DNA from: a virus
Direction: 5' to 3' (one strand)
Length of the DNA: 33,953 nt
Virus record (IMG/VR): IMGVR_UViG_3300038701_001532
Coordinates: 1-33,953 of that record
Shown here: positions 7,517 to 14,333 of the stretch, piece by piece
How the letters are laid out: each line of letters opens with the position of its first letter
Position numbering within the stretch: position 1 is the stretch's first letter
Program-made: the position numbers and the translations under genes
The notes under the pieces: model-generated
Databases searched by the model: none
Seen by the model: the letters and a program-made list of their open reading frames with translations, nothing else
Told to the model about the DNA's origin: nothing

Positions 7517-7744
7517 ATGAAATCATTACTAGCAGTTACACTAATACTTTTATCAACTTCGGCTTTGGCTAATCGTGGCGTTGCTACCAACCCACGTATA
7601 ACAACAGTAGATCAGCGCGTTGTTTACGGTGAACAATCCAAAGAGTTCTACCAAGTCAAAAAACAACGTGTATGTAAAACAGACAGCAAAGGCAAGCAAA
7701 CTTGTTTTACTCGTGGCGTAGCGCAACACATACCCACTAGATAA
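7517..7744 (+). CDS. Small secreted protein (Sec signal peptide)
   Basis: 75-aa ORF with a TAGGAG RBS. MKSLLAVTLILLSTSALA|NRG is a classical signal peptide with an AxA cleavage site. The mature part has 2 Cys. Confidence 0.65.
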   Translation: MKSLLAVTLILLSTSALANRGVATNPRITTVDQRVVYGEQSKEFYQVKKQRVCKTDSKGKQTCFTRGVAQHIPTR

Positions 7745-7753
7745 GGGGGGCAT

Positions 7754-8077
7754 ATGAAACTTGATGAACCAGACTTAAGAATAGGCGATCTATTGTGTCG
7801 CAAAGGGGGCGAAACGGTCTATTGTTTAATAGCTCGTAGGGGCGACACACTCGACGTTTGCCGTCATGAAGATGCTAACGCCCTATTTCCGTTTTTGTTC
7901 AATGGCGACACGTTCAGCTTCCCCATGATTGACATGGTACATATAAACACCAAGCAGTTTGCTAAAATCTATAAAGCCGAGCATGGCAAGGATTTACCGC
8001 GTCAGTACGATATGCAAACCCATAAATGGGTGTTGGGTGTTGGGCGTGGTGAGCCTGACGAAAACGAAGAATTGTAA
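7754..8077 (+). CDS. Hypothetical protein
   Basis: 107-aa ORF with a GGGGGG RBS-like tract upstream. No motif recognised. Confidence 0.6.
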   Translation: MKLDEPDLRIGDLLCRKGGETVYCLIARRGDTLDVCRHEDANALFPFLFNGDTFSFPMIDMVHINTKQFAKIYKAEHGKDLPRQYDMQTHKWVLGVGRGEPDENEEL

Positions 8078-8091
8078 CTACACTTAAATAT

Positions 8092-8156
8092 ATTTAGTCG
8101 TTTACCACACATTGGGCTATACCGTGCTATATTTTAAATATAGGGCAAACGAAAGA
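8092..8156 (+). promoter_or_regulatory. Repeated promoter/operator cassette, copy B
   Basis: Aligns with 7271..7335. It has the identical 18-mer GCTATACCGTGCTATATT (8116..8133), then the perfect palindrome TATATTT-t-AAATATA and GGGCAAACGAAA. An AAGAGG RBS precedes the ATG at 8168. Confidence 0.6.
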
Positions 8157-8167
8157 GGTATTAAAAA

Positions 8168-8404
8168 ATGAATGAATATATAGCAATCGACGTAATCACA
8201 GCTAACTTAGTCCACCTTGGTTATAGAATGAACGATCCAGAATGGTTGGCTTTTAAACACTTATCGCTTGGCGCTGCCATGGTCTTTGATGCTAGGGAGT
8301 TGGGCGAGTTTATCGAGCAACTACACGAAAACCGGGTCGAAGTCGTTAGCAACTTTCAAAAGATGCATGACAATATCGTCAGCCATATGCAAAAAAGCGC
8401 ATAG
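8168..8404 (+). CDS. Hypothetical protein
   Basis: 78-aa ORF downstream of cassette B. No motif recognised. Confidence 0.6.
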   Translation: MNEYIAIDVITANLVHLGYRMNDPEWLAFKHLSLGAAMVFDARELGEFIEQLHENRVEVVSNFQKMHDNIVSHMQKSA

Positions 8405-8412
8405 GGGGCGAT

Positions 8413-8739
8413 ATGGACACGTCTACAATCAAACAGATACTAAGGCGGCTACAACTAGCCAACCATGCGATTAAAGATGCTCAGCGGCTTATGGTGGAGT
8501 CTGGCGACAACTCGCTAGCCTCTGATACCACAAGCCTAGAATTGACTATCGACTTTCTCAAGATGTCATTTGACAACGTCAAGTACTCAGCTAGCGCCTT
8601 GCAGATGCTCGACTACTTAGAGGGCGATCTAATTAATGACAGGGCTAGGCAAATGCAAGCCTACATTGAAAAGAAAGTCGAAGAAATCGACACCAAAGAG
8701 GCCAACAAAGATATAATCGATCCCAAAGATATTAACTAA
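8413..8739 (+). CDS. Hypothetical protein (predicted helical)
   Basis: 108-aa ORF with a GGGGG RBS upstream. No motif recognised. Confidence 0.6.
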   Translation: MDTSTIKQILRRLQLANHAIKDAQRLMVESGDNSLASDTTSLELTIDFLKMSFDNVKYSASALQMLDYLEGDLINDRARQMQAYIEKKVEEIDTKEANKDIIDPKDIN

Positions 8740-8752
8740 GGAATTCGTACAC

Positions 8753-8989
8753 ATGCCCCGCTTACTAATAGCAGCCAACTATATTTTGAACCTTGCCAGA
8801 TTCGCGGCTCTGTGGGCTGTTGTGGGCGCTCTGTCAGGTTTTTTGATTGGCCTTGTCCTAACCTTCTATTTTCTTGAACCCTATACGTGGGAGTCTGCAC
8901 GCTTTGGCCTTGAGTTCGGTTTCTTGTTTGGCCTTGGTTTTTGGCTCTCATGCGATGCTTATTTTTTAGCTAAGAGATTCAATTCTTGA
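8753..8989 (+). CDS. Small membrane protein (2-3 TM helices)
   Basis: 78-aa ORF. Hydrophobic segments include ARFAALWAVVGALSGFLIGLVLTFYFL and FGLEFGFLFGLGFWL. Confidence 0.6.
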   Translation: MPRLLIAANYILNLARFAALWAVVGALSGFLIGLVLTFYFLEPYTWESARFGLEFGFLFGLGFWLSCDAYFLAKRFNS

Positions 8990-9015
8990 CATAGATCTAT
9001 TTTTCTTTATCCTTG

Positions 9016-9043
9016 TTGGCTCGGCAATTCAGCCGAATATAAT
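9016..9043 (+). promoter_or_regulatory. Sigma70-type promoter dedicated to the double-glycine peptide gene
   Basis: TTGGCT (9016..9021), a 16-nt spacer, then a perfect TATAAT (9038..9043). An AAGGAA RBS is at 9055..9060 and the ATG is at 9069. Confidence 0.55.
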
Positions 9044-9068
9044 AATAAGCAAACAAGGAAATACGGAC

Positions 9069-9341
9069 ATGAAAGAGTTAGCAACAACAGATCTTAATCT
9101 TATCAGTGGCGGCAATCCAGCCTTAGCCGTGATTGAGGGGGCTGCACTGTTTATCGCAATTCCTGAGATTGGCGGGGCAATCGGGCAAGATTGGAGTTAC
9201 CCCACGATAGGCGCGGGGCTAGGTGAGTTTGTCTTTGATGTTACCCACGGCGACCAGCTAGGCCAAATGACTTATGATGCGTCAGATTTCGGTCTGTCTT
9301 ATATACCGTCAGCGTTCCCTAATGAATACCCTCATTGGTAA
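9069..9341 (+). CDS. Peptide precursor with a double-glycine (bacteriocin/microcin-type) leader
   Basis: 90-aa ORF. The first 15 aa, MKELATTDLNLISGG, fit the double-glycine leader consensus: L at -12, acidic at -8, L at -7, I at -4 and GG at -2/-1. The predicted 75-aa mature part has a Gly/Ala-rich hydrophobic N-half (NPALAVIEGAALFIAIPEIGGAIG) and no Cys. Confidence 0.6.
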   Translation: MKELATTDLNLISGGNPALAVIEGAALFIAIPEIGGAIGQDWSYPTIGAGLGEFVFDVTHGDQLGQMTYDASDFGLSYIPSAFPNEYPHW

Positions 9342-9622
9342 AAGTAGGTTGCTTGGACTAGTAGCGCCAAGCTAAGCGCCAAGGCTACAGGGAGGCCGTA
9401 TTTAACGATTCGGCTTTCTTGTACTGCCTTACTTGATAATCCCAAATATACCGGGTCTTGGCCTCTCAGAGCCGCCCTAAGCGCCATGATAGCCAGCACA
9501 ACACAGGTTACTTTAATCTCTTTGATTCCGATGATAACAAGTCCACATGCAAGCCATGTTTTTAAAGTGGTATCAGCGAACAGCTTTACATCACCGAGCC
9601 AGTTGTTTGTTAATGTCTTCAT
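9332..9622 (-). CDS. Small polytopic membrane protein (candidate immunity protein; inference only)
   Basis: The ATG at 9622 is preceded by an AGGAG RBS. The track ORF starts at 9646, inside the upstream gene. It has 3 hydrophobic segments (WLACGLVIIGI, VTCVVLAIMALRAAL, YGLPVALALSLALLVQATYF). Its 3' end overlaps the double-glycine peptide gene by 10 nt. Confidence 0.6.
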   Translation of the reverse strand: MKTLTNNWLGDVKLFADTTLKTWLACGLVIIGIKEIKVTCVVLAIMALRAALRGQDPVYLGLSSKAVQESRIVKYGLPVALALSLALLVQATYFYQ

Positions 9623-9635
9623 GTTTGATAGTCTC

Positions 9636-9902
9636 CTAATCATCATCTAATAAAAATATACTTTTCAATTTTTCGTAACCTTCGGCCTTTGCTTTCAGCA
9701 TATCATATTTGTGCTTGGTTATATTTAATATCTTGAGGTCTTCAAAAGTGCCGCTGTCATCCACCTTTAGGCTAAACGGGCTTAGGTTAGATGATTGGAA
9801 TACCTTAAAATCTGTTTTTTGAATTGAAGCCGCCAGCAAGTGCATTCTGTAATTTAGTAAATCGACGACCTCTTTTAAATACTTGACTTGTGTTTCACTC
9901 AT
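9636..9902 (-). CDS. Hypothetical protein
   Basis: 88-aa ORF with a 4-nt overlap with the upstream gene (operon coupling). No motif recognised. Confidence 0.6.
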   Translation of the reverse strand: MSETQVKYLKEVVDLLNYRMHLLAASIQKTDFKVFQSSNLSPFSLKVDDSGTFEDLKILNITKHKYDMLKAKAEGYEKLKSIFLLDDD

Positions 9903-10363
9903 CTTTTACCTGCCTCTAGCACTGGTAAACCGGCTTCAGTTGGTATGTAAATCACTTGATTACCTTGATGCAGTTTATCAATCCACAAGTATCTGAGATA
10001 GCTTTCATTGTCTCTTAACGAACTGCCAATGATGCGGTTAGCTTCAGCGACACCTTTTGCGCGTTCAATTTCAACTTGTGCCAGTGCCTTTGCTGCTTCA
10101 GCCTTTGCGTTCGCATCAGCGATCTGTATTTTACGATCCCACTCAGCGAGCATTAACCTTTTTTTACCCTCAATTTCTTTTATTCTAATGTCTGATATTT
10201 CCGTGGTTTCATAGGTTGTAAACTTTTGCTTTGATGCGAACCTTTCAAACTTATGAAGCGACCAGTTAAAGCCAAACAACATGCCGGTAAATAGAAGGCA
10301 ACCGGCCAAAACTATAGAAGTCCAAACCAATATAAATTGTAACTTGTTTTCAGTCTCTAGCAT
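9899..10363 (-). CDS. Membrane-anchored protein carrying only the C-terminal coiled-coil part of SPFH/prohibitin-family proteins
   Basis: 154-aa ORF with an N-terminal TM helix (FILVWTSIVLAGCLLFTGMLFGF). An Ala-rich coiled coil is followed by ERAKGVAEANRIIGSSLRDNESYLRYLWIDKL...VIYIPTEAGLPVL, which resembles the C-terminal segment of band-7/prohibitin proteins. The SPFH core appears to be absent. Confidence 0.5.
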   Translation of the reverse strand: MLETENKLQFILVWTSIVLAGCLLFTGMLFGFNWSLHKFERFASKQKFTTYETTEISDIRIKEIEGKKRLMLAEWDRKIQIADANAKAEAAKALAQVEIERAKGVAEANRIIGSSLRDNESYLRYLWIDKLHQGNQVIYIPTEAGLPVLEAGKR

Positions 10364-10372
10364 TCTTTATCC

Positions 10373-10690
10373 TTATTGCATTGTTGCGTCGTCTAGGCTG
10401 TCCAGCCGTTCAACTTCTATCATTCGTTCACGCGTTGAGATTGCATGTTGAATAATGATCTTAAGCTGTGATGAGTCTAAAGCCGATGATATAACCGCCC
10501 CCACCATCCTGCCCTTGTCATCTTCTTGCGCAACCGATAAATAATGCTTAACAACCCCATGCTTTTTGCATAGCTTTTGAAACTCTTTTCTAAACCGCTT
10601 CAATCTTTCGGATGGCTCAAGCATGTGTTTGTCGTTCGGAAAGTTCGCCTTTGTTATTGTTTCGTTATCCATGCAACTATTCCCATTCAC
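10373..10690 (-). CDS. Hypothetical protein (alternative start at 10672)
   Basis: 105-aa ORF. The first ATG overlaps the exonuclease gene by 14 nt, whereas the ATG at 10672 avoids the overlap. Confidence 0.55.
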   Translation of the reverse strand: MNGNSCMDNETITKANFPNDKHMLEPSERLKRFRKEFQKLCKKHGVVKHYLSVAQEDDKGRMVGAVISSALDSSQLKIIIQHAISTRERMIEVERLDSLDDATMQ

Positions 10691-11225
10691 CTAAAAAGTA
10701 TGGCTTTGTCAGTGCTAGATAAACCTCTGATAGTATCTGAACGTCAACTTTTGCCCCGTGCAAATCTCTGGGTATTTCAATTTTAAATTTCTTCATTAGA
10801 TTATCAAGCTTGTAACCCTTCTTGAACTTCACGCCATCAAGGAACCAAGCCAAGCGTAACGTACACATGGTTGCTATTGAGCCGCCTATTCTCCAATCAG
10901 CGCCCATTCTGTTTAGTTCGCTATCGATAAATTTAACGTCAAATTCGGCGTTATGGAATACGCACATATCACCATTGATAAAGTTTTTAAGGTCTGGCTC
11001 AATGTCTTTGAACTTGTTTTTATCTGTCAGGAATGCGTTTGTTATGCCGTGAACCTTGGCCACTTTTTCGGGGATCTCTCTACCGTCTGGCTCTGTGTAA
11101 TAGTGAAAGACCTTGCCAGTTAGTTTGCGGTTAATCATTTCCATGCCGCAGATCTCTATAATACGCTCGCCATTCTCTGGCTTTAATCCTGTGGTTTCTG
11201 TATCCATTAATACAATTCTGCTCAT
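10677..11225 (-). CDS. DnaQ-like (DEDDh) 3'-5' exonuclease
   Basis: 182-aa ORF with all three exonuclease motifs: Exo I (LMDTETTGL), Exo II (VFHNAEFDVKF) and Exo III (HGAKVDVQILSEVY). Confidence 0.9.
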   Translation of the reverse strand: MSRIVLMDTETTGLKPENGERIIEICGMEMINRKLTGKVFHYYTEPDGREIPEKVAKVHGITNAFLTDKNKFKDIEPDLKNFINGDMCVFHNAEFDVKFIDSELNRMGADWRIGGSIATMCTLRLAWFLDGVKFKKGYKLDNLMKKFKIEIPRDLHGAKVDVQILSEVYLALTKPYFLGEWE

Positions 11226-11242
11226 TTTTTTTTATTCCTTAT

Positions 11243-11500
11243 TTAAAGTGGTACTTCACCTTGAGCGCAAGCGATTTGCGCAAGATATAGGTTGTGCTCG
11301 ATACAATATTCATTAACTATATGGCGCATTTGCTCAGGCGTAAGCCTCACGCTTGCAGATGTACCGCCCATTTCGACGTTTATAATTATTCGGTCGGGGT
11401 CATAAGCAACGTTCACAGCTGGGAGGTTTAGCGCGTGTTCTATACTATCCAACTTATCAATGACTTGGTTTATTACGTTTGCCGTTTCATCTTCATTCAT
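11243..11500 (-). CDS. Hypothetical protein
   Basis: 85-aa ORF in the leftward operon. No motif recognised. Confidence 0.55.
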   Translation of the reverse strand: MNEDETANVINQVIDKLDSIEHALNLPAVNVAYDPDRIIINVEMGGTSASVRLTPEQMRHIVNEYCIEHNLYLAQIACAQGEVPL

Positions 11501-11696
11501 GCTTAAGCTTAGCCTCTTTTTTGTTTGTCAGGATTATAGCGAACATTTCAACAATATGGTGTGCATGCACCAATCTGTTTTGGTCGTTGCTCTTCAGCTC
11601 TTCAAATTCAACATCGCTTTGAATGTCTTTTAAAAGGTCGGCAACGGTCTGCAACTTCCCTAAAAATGTCATGTGTGGATATTGTTTTATACGCAC
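11493..11696 (-). CDS. Hypothetical protein
   Basis: 67-aa ORF with an 8-nt overlap with the downstream gene. No motif recognised. Confidence 0.5.
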   Translation of the reverse strand: MRIKQYPHMTFLGKLQTVADLLKDIQSDVEFEELKSNDQNRLVHAHHIVEMFAIILTNKKEAKLKHE

Positions 11697-11708
11697 GCTT
11701 TACCTGCA

Positions 11709-12068
11709 TTATTGTTTAGATCTATTTGTGATTGTGGCATTGTACCCCAATTGGTTTAACGTTACATTAAGAAATCGCTGTATGTGAAAGCTTAAATCAT
11801 GGTTGCCCCCTAGCATGTCGCACGCCCTTAGTATGTTCGTACCTAGCAAGGATTGAATCATTGATATCTCGGCATCAATTTTAAGCTCAGGCGGTAGATC
11901 TGAGTTAGCAAGCGCGGCCTTACACGCAGCCACACAATCAAAGGAAAGGTTAAGAATCGCGCGTAATTTGTCGGCCTCTTCTTTTGGTATCCCTTGCTCT
12001 TTGATGTCTTTTTCAATCTCTGCGATTACTTCGTTTGCGTCTAGCGATGAATAGCTTCTAAACTTCAA
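11709..12068 (-). CDS. Hypothetical helical protein (possible paralogue of 12677..13036)
   Basis: 119-aa ORF. It has the same length as the 12677..13036 product and similar N-terminal (MK...Y/F-S/T-x-L-D/E-x-x-EV), central (LNL) and C-terminal (Q-x-GY) landmarks. Confidence 0.55.
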   Translation of the reverse strand: MKFRSYSSLDANEVIAEIEKDIKEQGIPKEEADKLRAILNLSFDCVAACKAALANSDLPPELKIDAEISMIQSLLGTNILRACDMLGGNHDLSFHIQRFLNVTLNQLGYNATITNRSKQ

Positions 12069-12216
12069 TGTCTTTGCCCCTGTTCCAAAGTCTATATAAT
12101 AATGCAGCTGTAATAACTGACGTGGTCACGGCCAACAGTGAACCGATGTAACCGATCTCTTGCCAAGATACGCCACCATTAACCTTGTTCGTTTCGCTCT
12201 GTTTTAGCTGTCTCAT
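12058..12216 (-). CDS. Small TM peptide with a possible double-glycine leader (52 aa from the ATG at 12216)
   Basis: MRQLKQSETNKVNGG|VSWQEIGYIGSLLAVTTSVITAALLYRLWNRGKDIEV. The leader has L at -12, E at -8, V at -4 and GG. A GGAAAG RBS precedes the ATG. It overlaps the 3' end of the upstream ORF by 38 nt in another frame. Confidence 0.4.
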   Translation of the reverse strand: MRQLKQSETNKVNGGVSWQEIGYIGSLLAVTTSVITAALLYRLWNRGKDIEV

Positions 12217-12454
12217 CTTTTGGCTTTCCGTAGTAAGGGGCAATCAAACTTAACGTGCTAGTCTTGCATACAATCTTAACGTGTGTTTTGTTTGTTGCGT
12301 TAAACTCTAACATTGTAAACTCGCCCCCATTCATACCATGGATAAAAAAGGGAAAAGTCATATCTATAATATAGTTTACTTTTATGTCCACCATGTCGGC
12401 GGTTACATGGTTATCATCAATGTGTATATGTGTTGGTTCACATTCAATTTTCAT
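12179..12454 (-). CDS. Hypothetical protein
   Basis: 91-aa ORF in the leftward operon. No motif recognised. Confidence 0.5.
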   Translation of the reverse strand: MKIECEPTHIHIDDNHVTADMVDIKVNYIIDMTFPFFIHGMNGGEFTMLEFNATNKTHVKIVCKTSTLSLIAPYYGKPKDETAKTERNEQG

Positions 12455-12680
12455 AGTTTTTAAATTCCCCGTTTAACCAAACGTTTATATATCTTTCTAC
12501 GTTCTCGGCTGTGATTGTCATTATTTGGCAATGGTTCGTTTGGCCGTTAATGTTTTGTTTAAATGCTTCACCCTCTCGGACATATCCAATTTTCAAAAGA
12601 TCTTCTACCTCTTTTAAAACTATGCCCTCGTCGATATCATGCAATATTAAATATGGCTCAAGTCTTGGCGGCTCTCTCAT
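12444..12680 (-). CDS. Hypothetical protein, DUF1737-like pattern
   Basis: 78-aa ORF. PYLILHDIDEGIVLKEVEDLLKIGYVREGEAF...HCQIM parallels PYIVVQGSSWQELMASVKIAILKGYAPQGSLV...WCQAM in the 15403..15609 product. The family name is recalled from memory. Confidence 0.45.
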   Translation of the reverse strand: MREPPRLEPYLILHDIDEGIVLKEVEDLLKIGYVREGEAFKQNINGQTNHCQIMTITAENVERYINVWLNGEFKNYEN

Positions 12681-13036
12681 TGATCTTTGCTCTCTTTACC
12701 TATGCTGTGCAGTGACAATATATAACCCTGTTCACGTATTGGATTCATCATCAAGTTTGTGATGTGCTCTCTTAAATGCTCTTCACCCTCAACTTGCTTA
12801 ACCATTTCACAAGTTTGTGTAAACACGGTTTGCGCAATAGTTAGCAGCGCCCCTCTTAGCACTATGCCGCTGTGCTCTTTTCCACCGGCTAGCTCAGTAA
12901 AAAGCTGCTTAAGGATCTTATCTGCAAGGTTTAAAGCTTTGTTTACGTTTTCCCTTTCTTCTTGAGTAAGTTCTATTTTTTTAAATAGCTCTTCTACCTC
13001 TTCACTTTCTAGGTTTGTAAATGCGTGCGTCTTCAT
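12677..13036 (-). CDS. Hypothetical helical protein (possible paralogue of 11709..12068)
   Basis: 119-aa ORF. See the 11709..12068 entry for the shared landmarks. Confidence 0.55.
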   Translation of the reverse strand: MKTHAFTNLESEEVEELFKKIELTQEERENVNKALNLADKILKQLFTELAGGKEHSGIVLRGALLTIAQTVFTQTCEMVKQVEGEEHLREHITNLMMNPIREQGYILSLHSIGKESKDQ

Positions 13037-13202
13037 TTATAAGATCCCTTTCTATATCTTTAATTATGTATTCTAAGCAGCTAATACATTCATTCATAAG
13101 CTTACATGTGCCGTCGTAGCCTTTCGGCTGCAACACGTTTTGCAATACATGTCTGAGCGTTTCGACTGCAAACTTGTATGATAATACGTGTTGATTATCC
13201 AC
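13002..13202 (-). CDS. Hypothetical protein
   Basis: 66-aa ORF directly abutting the upstream gene. It overlaps the downstream gene by 35 nt. Confidence 0.45.
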   Translation of the reverse strand: MDNQHVLSYKFAVETLRHVLQNVLQPKGYDGTCKLMNECISCLEYIIKDIERDLINEDARIYKPRK

Positions 13203-13532
13203 TTAGTGCGCTTTGTTAGATTCATCTGTGAAATCGGCTTTAATTCCGAATATGTTAGTGATTGAGCCGATTAAGTTTATTAAGTCATTCACTAGTAATT
13301 GGCGTGGCGCTTTCCTTGTTAACCCTTCCATGATGTAGCTATTAATTAGTGTCTGAATTGTCGATCTAAATATGACTTGTTGTTGCCCTACGTTATCATC
13401 ATGCCTAGCTAACACTTGTTCTATAAACTTACCAATCGTTCTAACCTCAATCATGCCTTGCTTTATCTCTTCAAGCTCTTCGCCTTTATAACCCGCGTCT
13501 TTTGCTTGTTGTATTTGTTCGTCTAGTGTCAT
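13203..13532 (-). CDS. Hypothetical helical protein
   Basis: 109-aa ORF immediately downstream of the recombinase gene. No motif recognised. Confidence 0.55.
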   Translation of the reverse strand: MTLDEQIQQAKDAGYKGEELEEIKQGMIEVRTIGKFIEQVLARHDDNVGQQQVIFRSTIQTLINSYIMEGLTRKAPRQLLVNDLINLIGSITNIFGIKADFTDESNKAH

Positions 13533-13534
13533 AA

Positions 13535-14131
13535 TTATATTGCCCCTACCATTGCGCGTTGTGCCTCTGGGTTAATTTCGATGTATGCCTCAGTAGATCC
13601 AAGGCTGCTATGTCCAGCCATACGCTTAACGTCTTGTATAGATCCACCATGTAATGATGCAGTTCGAGCCATGTTTGTTATAAATGTACGCCTACCCGAA
13701 TGACTGGAATATCCAACAAGCTCAAGTTCTCTAAACCACGAGTAAAACAGCTTAACAATGCCGTTTGCTGATATCCTTTGACCGCGATAATTCAGCATTA
13801 TTGAATTTGTTAGGCGTGGCTTTATCCTATGTGTTTCGTATAGTTCTTGAAGTGCTCGCCTTAACTCTTTGTTCATGTAGATTATACGCCCCCCTGATTT
13901 ACCTTTCGATTGGTTGTCGTATATATCTATTTTCTCGCCTACCCTCAATTGATCGTCATCCATAACGTTTTGCCATTCAAGGCGTGAGATCTCCTTTGCT
14001 CTCAATCCAGCTTTGCAGCTTAATAAAAAGATACATTTGTTGCGCTTGTCATATTTGAGCGTTTCTAAATATCTTAATACCAAGTTTATGCGCCTATCGC
14101 TTAGATAGTTCGCTTTCTTTTTGTTTGCCAT
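13535..14131 (-). CDS. int: Tyrosine recombinase/integrase, catalytic-domain-only size (198 aa)
   Basis: Catalytic residues are recognisable: AGLRAKEISRL (Arg I), HSGRRTF (His-x-x-Arg) and GHSSLGSTEAYI (His/Tyr nucleophile). There is no arm-binding N-terminal domain, and only about 40 aa precede Arg I. The size matches FimB/FimE-type small recombinases. Confidence 0.85.
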   Translation of the reverse strand: MANKKKANYLSDRRINLVLRYLETLKYDKRNKCIFLLSCKAGLRAKEISRLEWQNVMDDDQLRVGEKIDIYDNQSKGKSGGRIIYMNKELRRALQELYETHRIKPRLTNSIMLNYRGQRISANGIVKLFYSWFRELELVGYSSHSGRRTFITNMARTASLHGGSIQDVKRMAGHSSLGSTEAYIEINPEAQRAMVGAI

Positions 14132-14322
14132 TTAACTTAACCTTGTGTCTGAATGAAAACCCGATTATTTAAGTTATTATTCAATCAACTAAAAAGGGTC
14201 GCCGAGTATAGCAAGTAAACATGGGCGAGTGAATAGAATGTGCATTTTATGTATCAAATATATAAAGCTAACAAGCTAATGCCCTAGAATAAGGGGGAAT
14301 TAAAAACGGGGTTGTCAAGGGT

Positions 14323-14333
14323 AAATTTGTCAC
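14323..14333. repeat. Left copy of an 11-bp inverted repeat (AAATTTGTCAC)
   Basis: AAATTTGTCAC at 14323..14333 is the exact reverse complement of GTGACAAATTT at 14546..14556, with 212 bp between them. A related GATTTGTGAC is at 14358..14367. Confidence 0.7.

Noticed and set aside
13203-13532. 109-aa protein as a third member of the 119-aa paralogue pair
   Set aside because: Only a vague resemblance in length and helical character. The N-terminal and LNL landmarks shared by the other two are missing.
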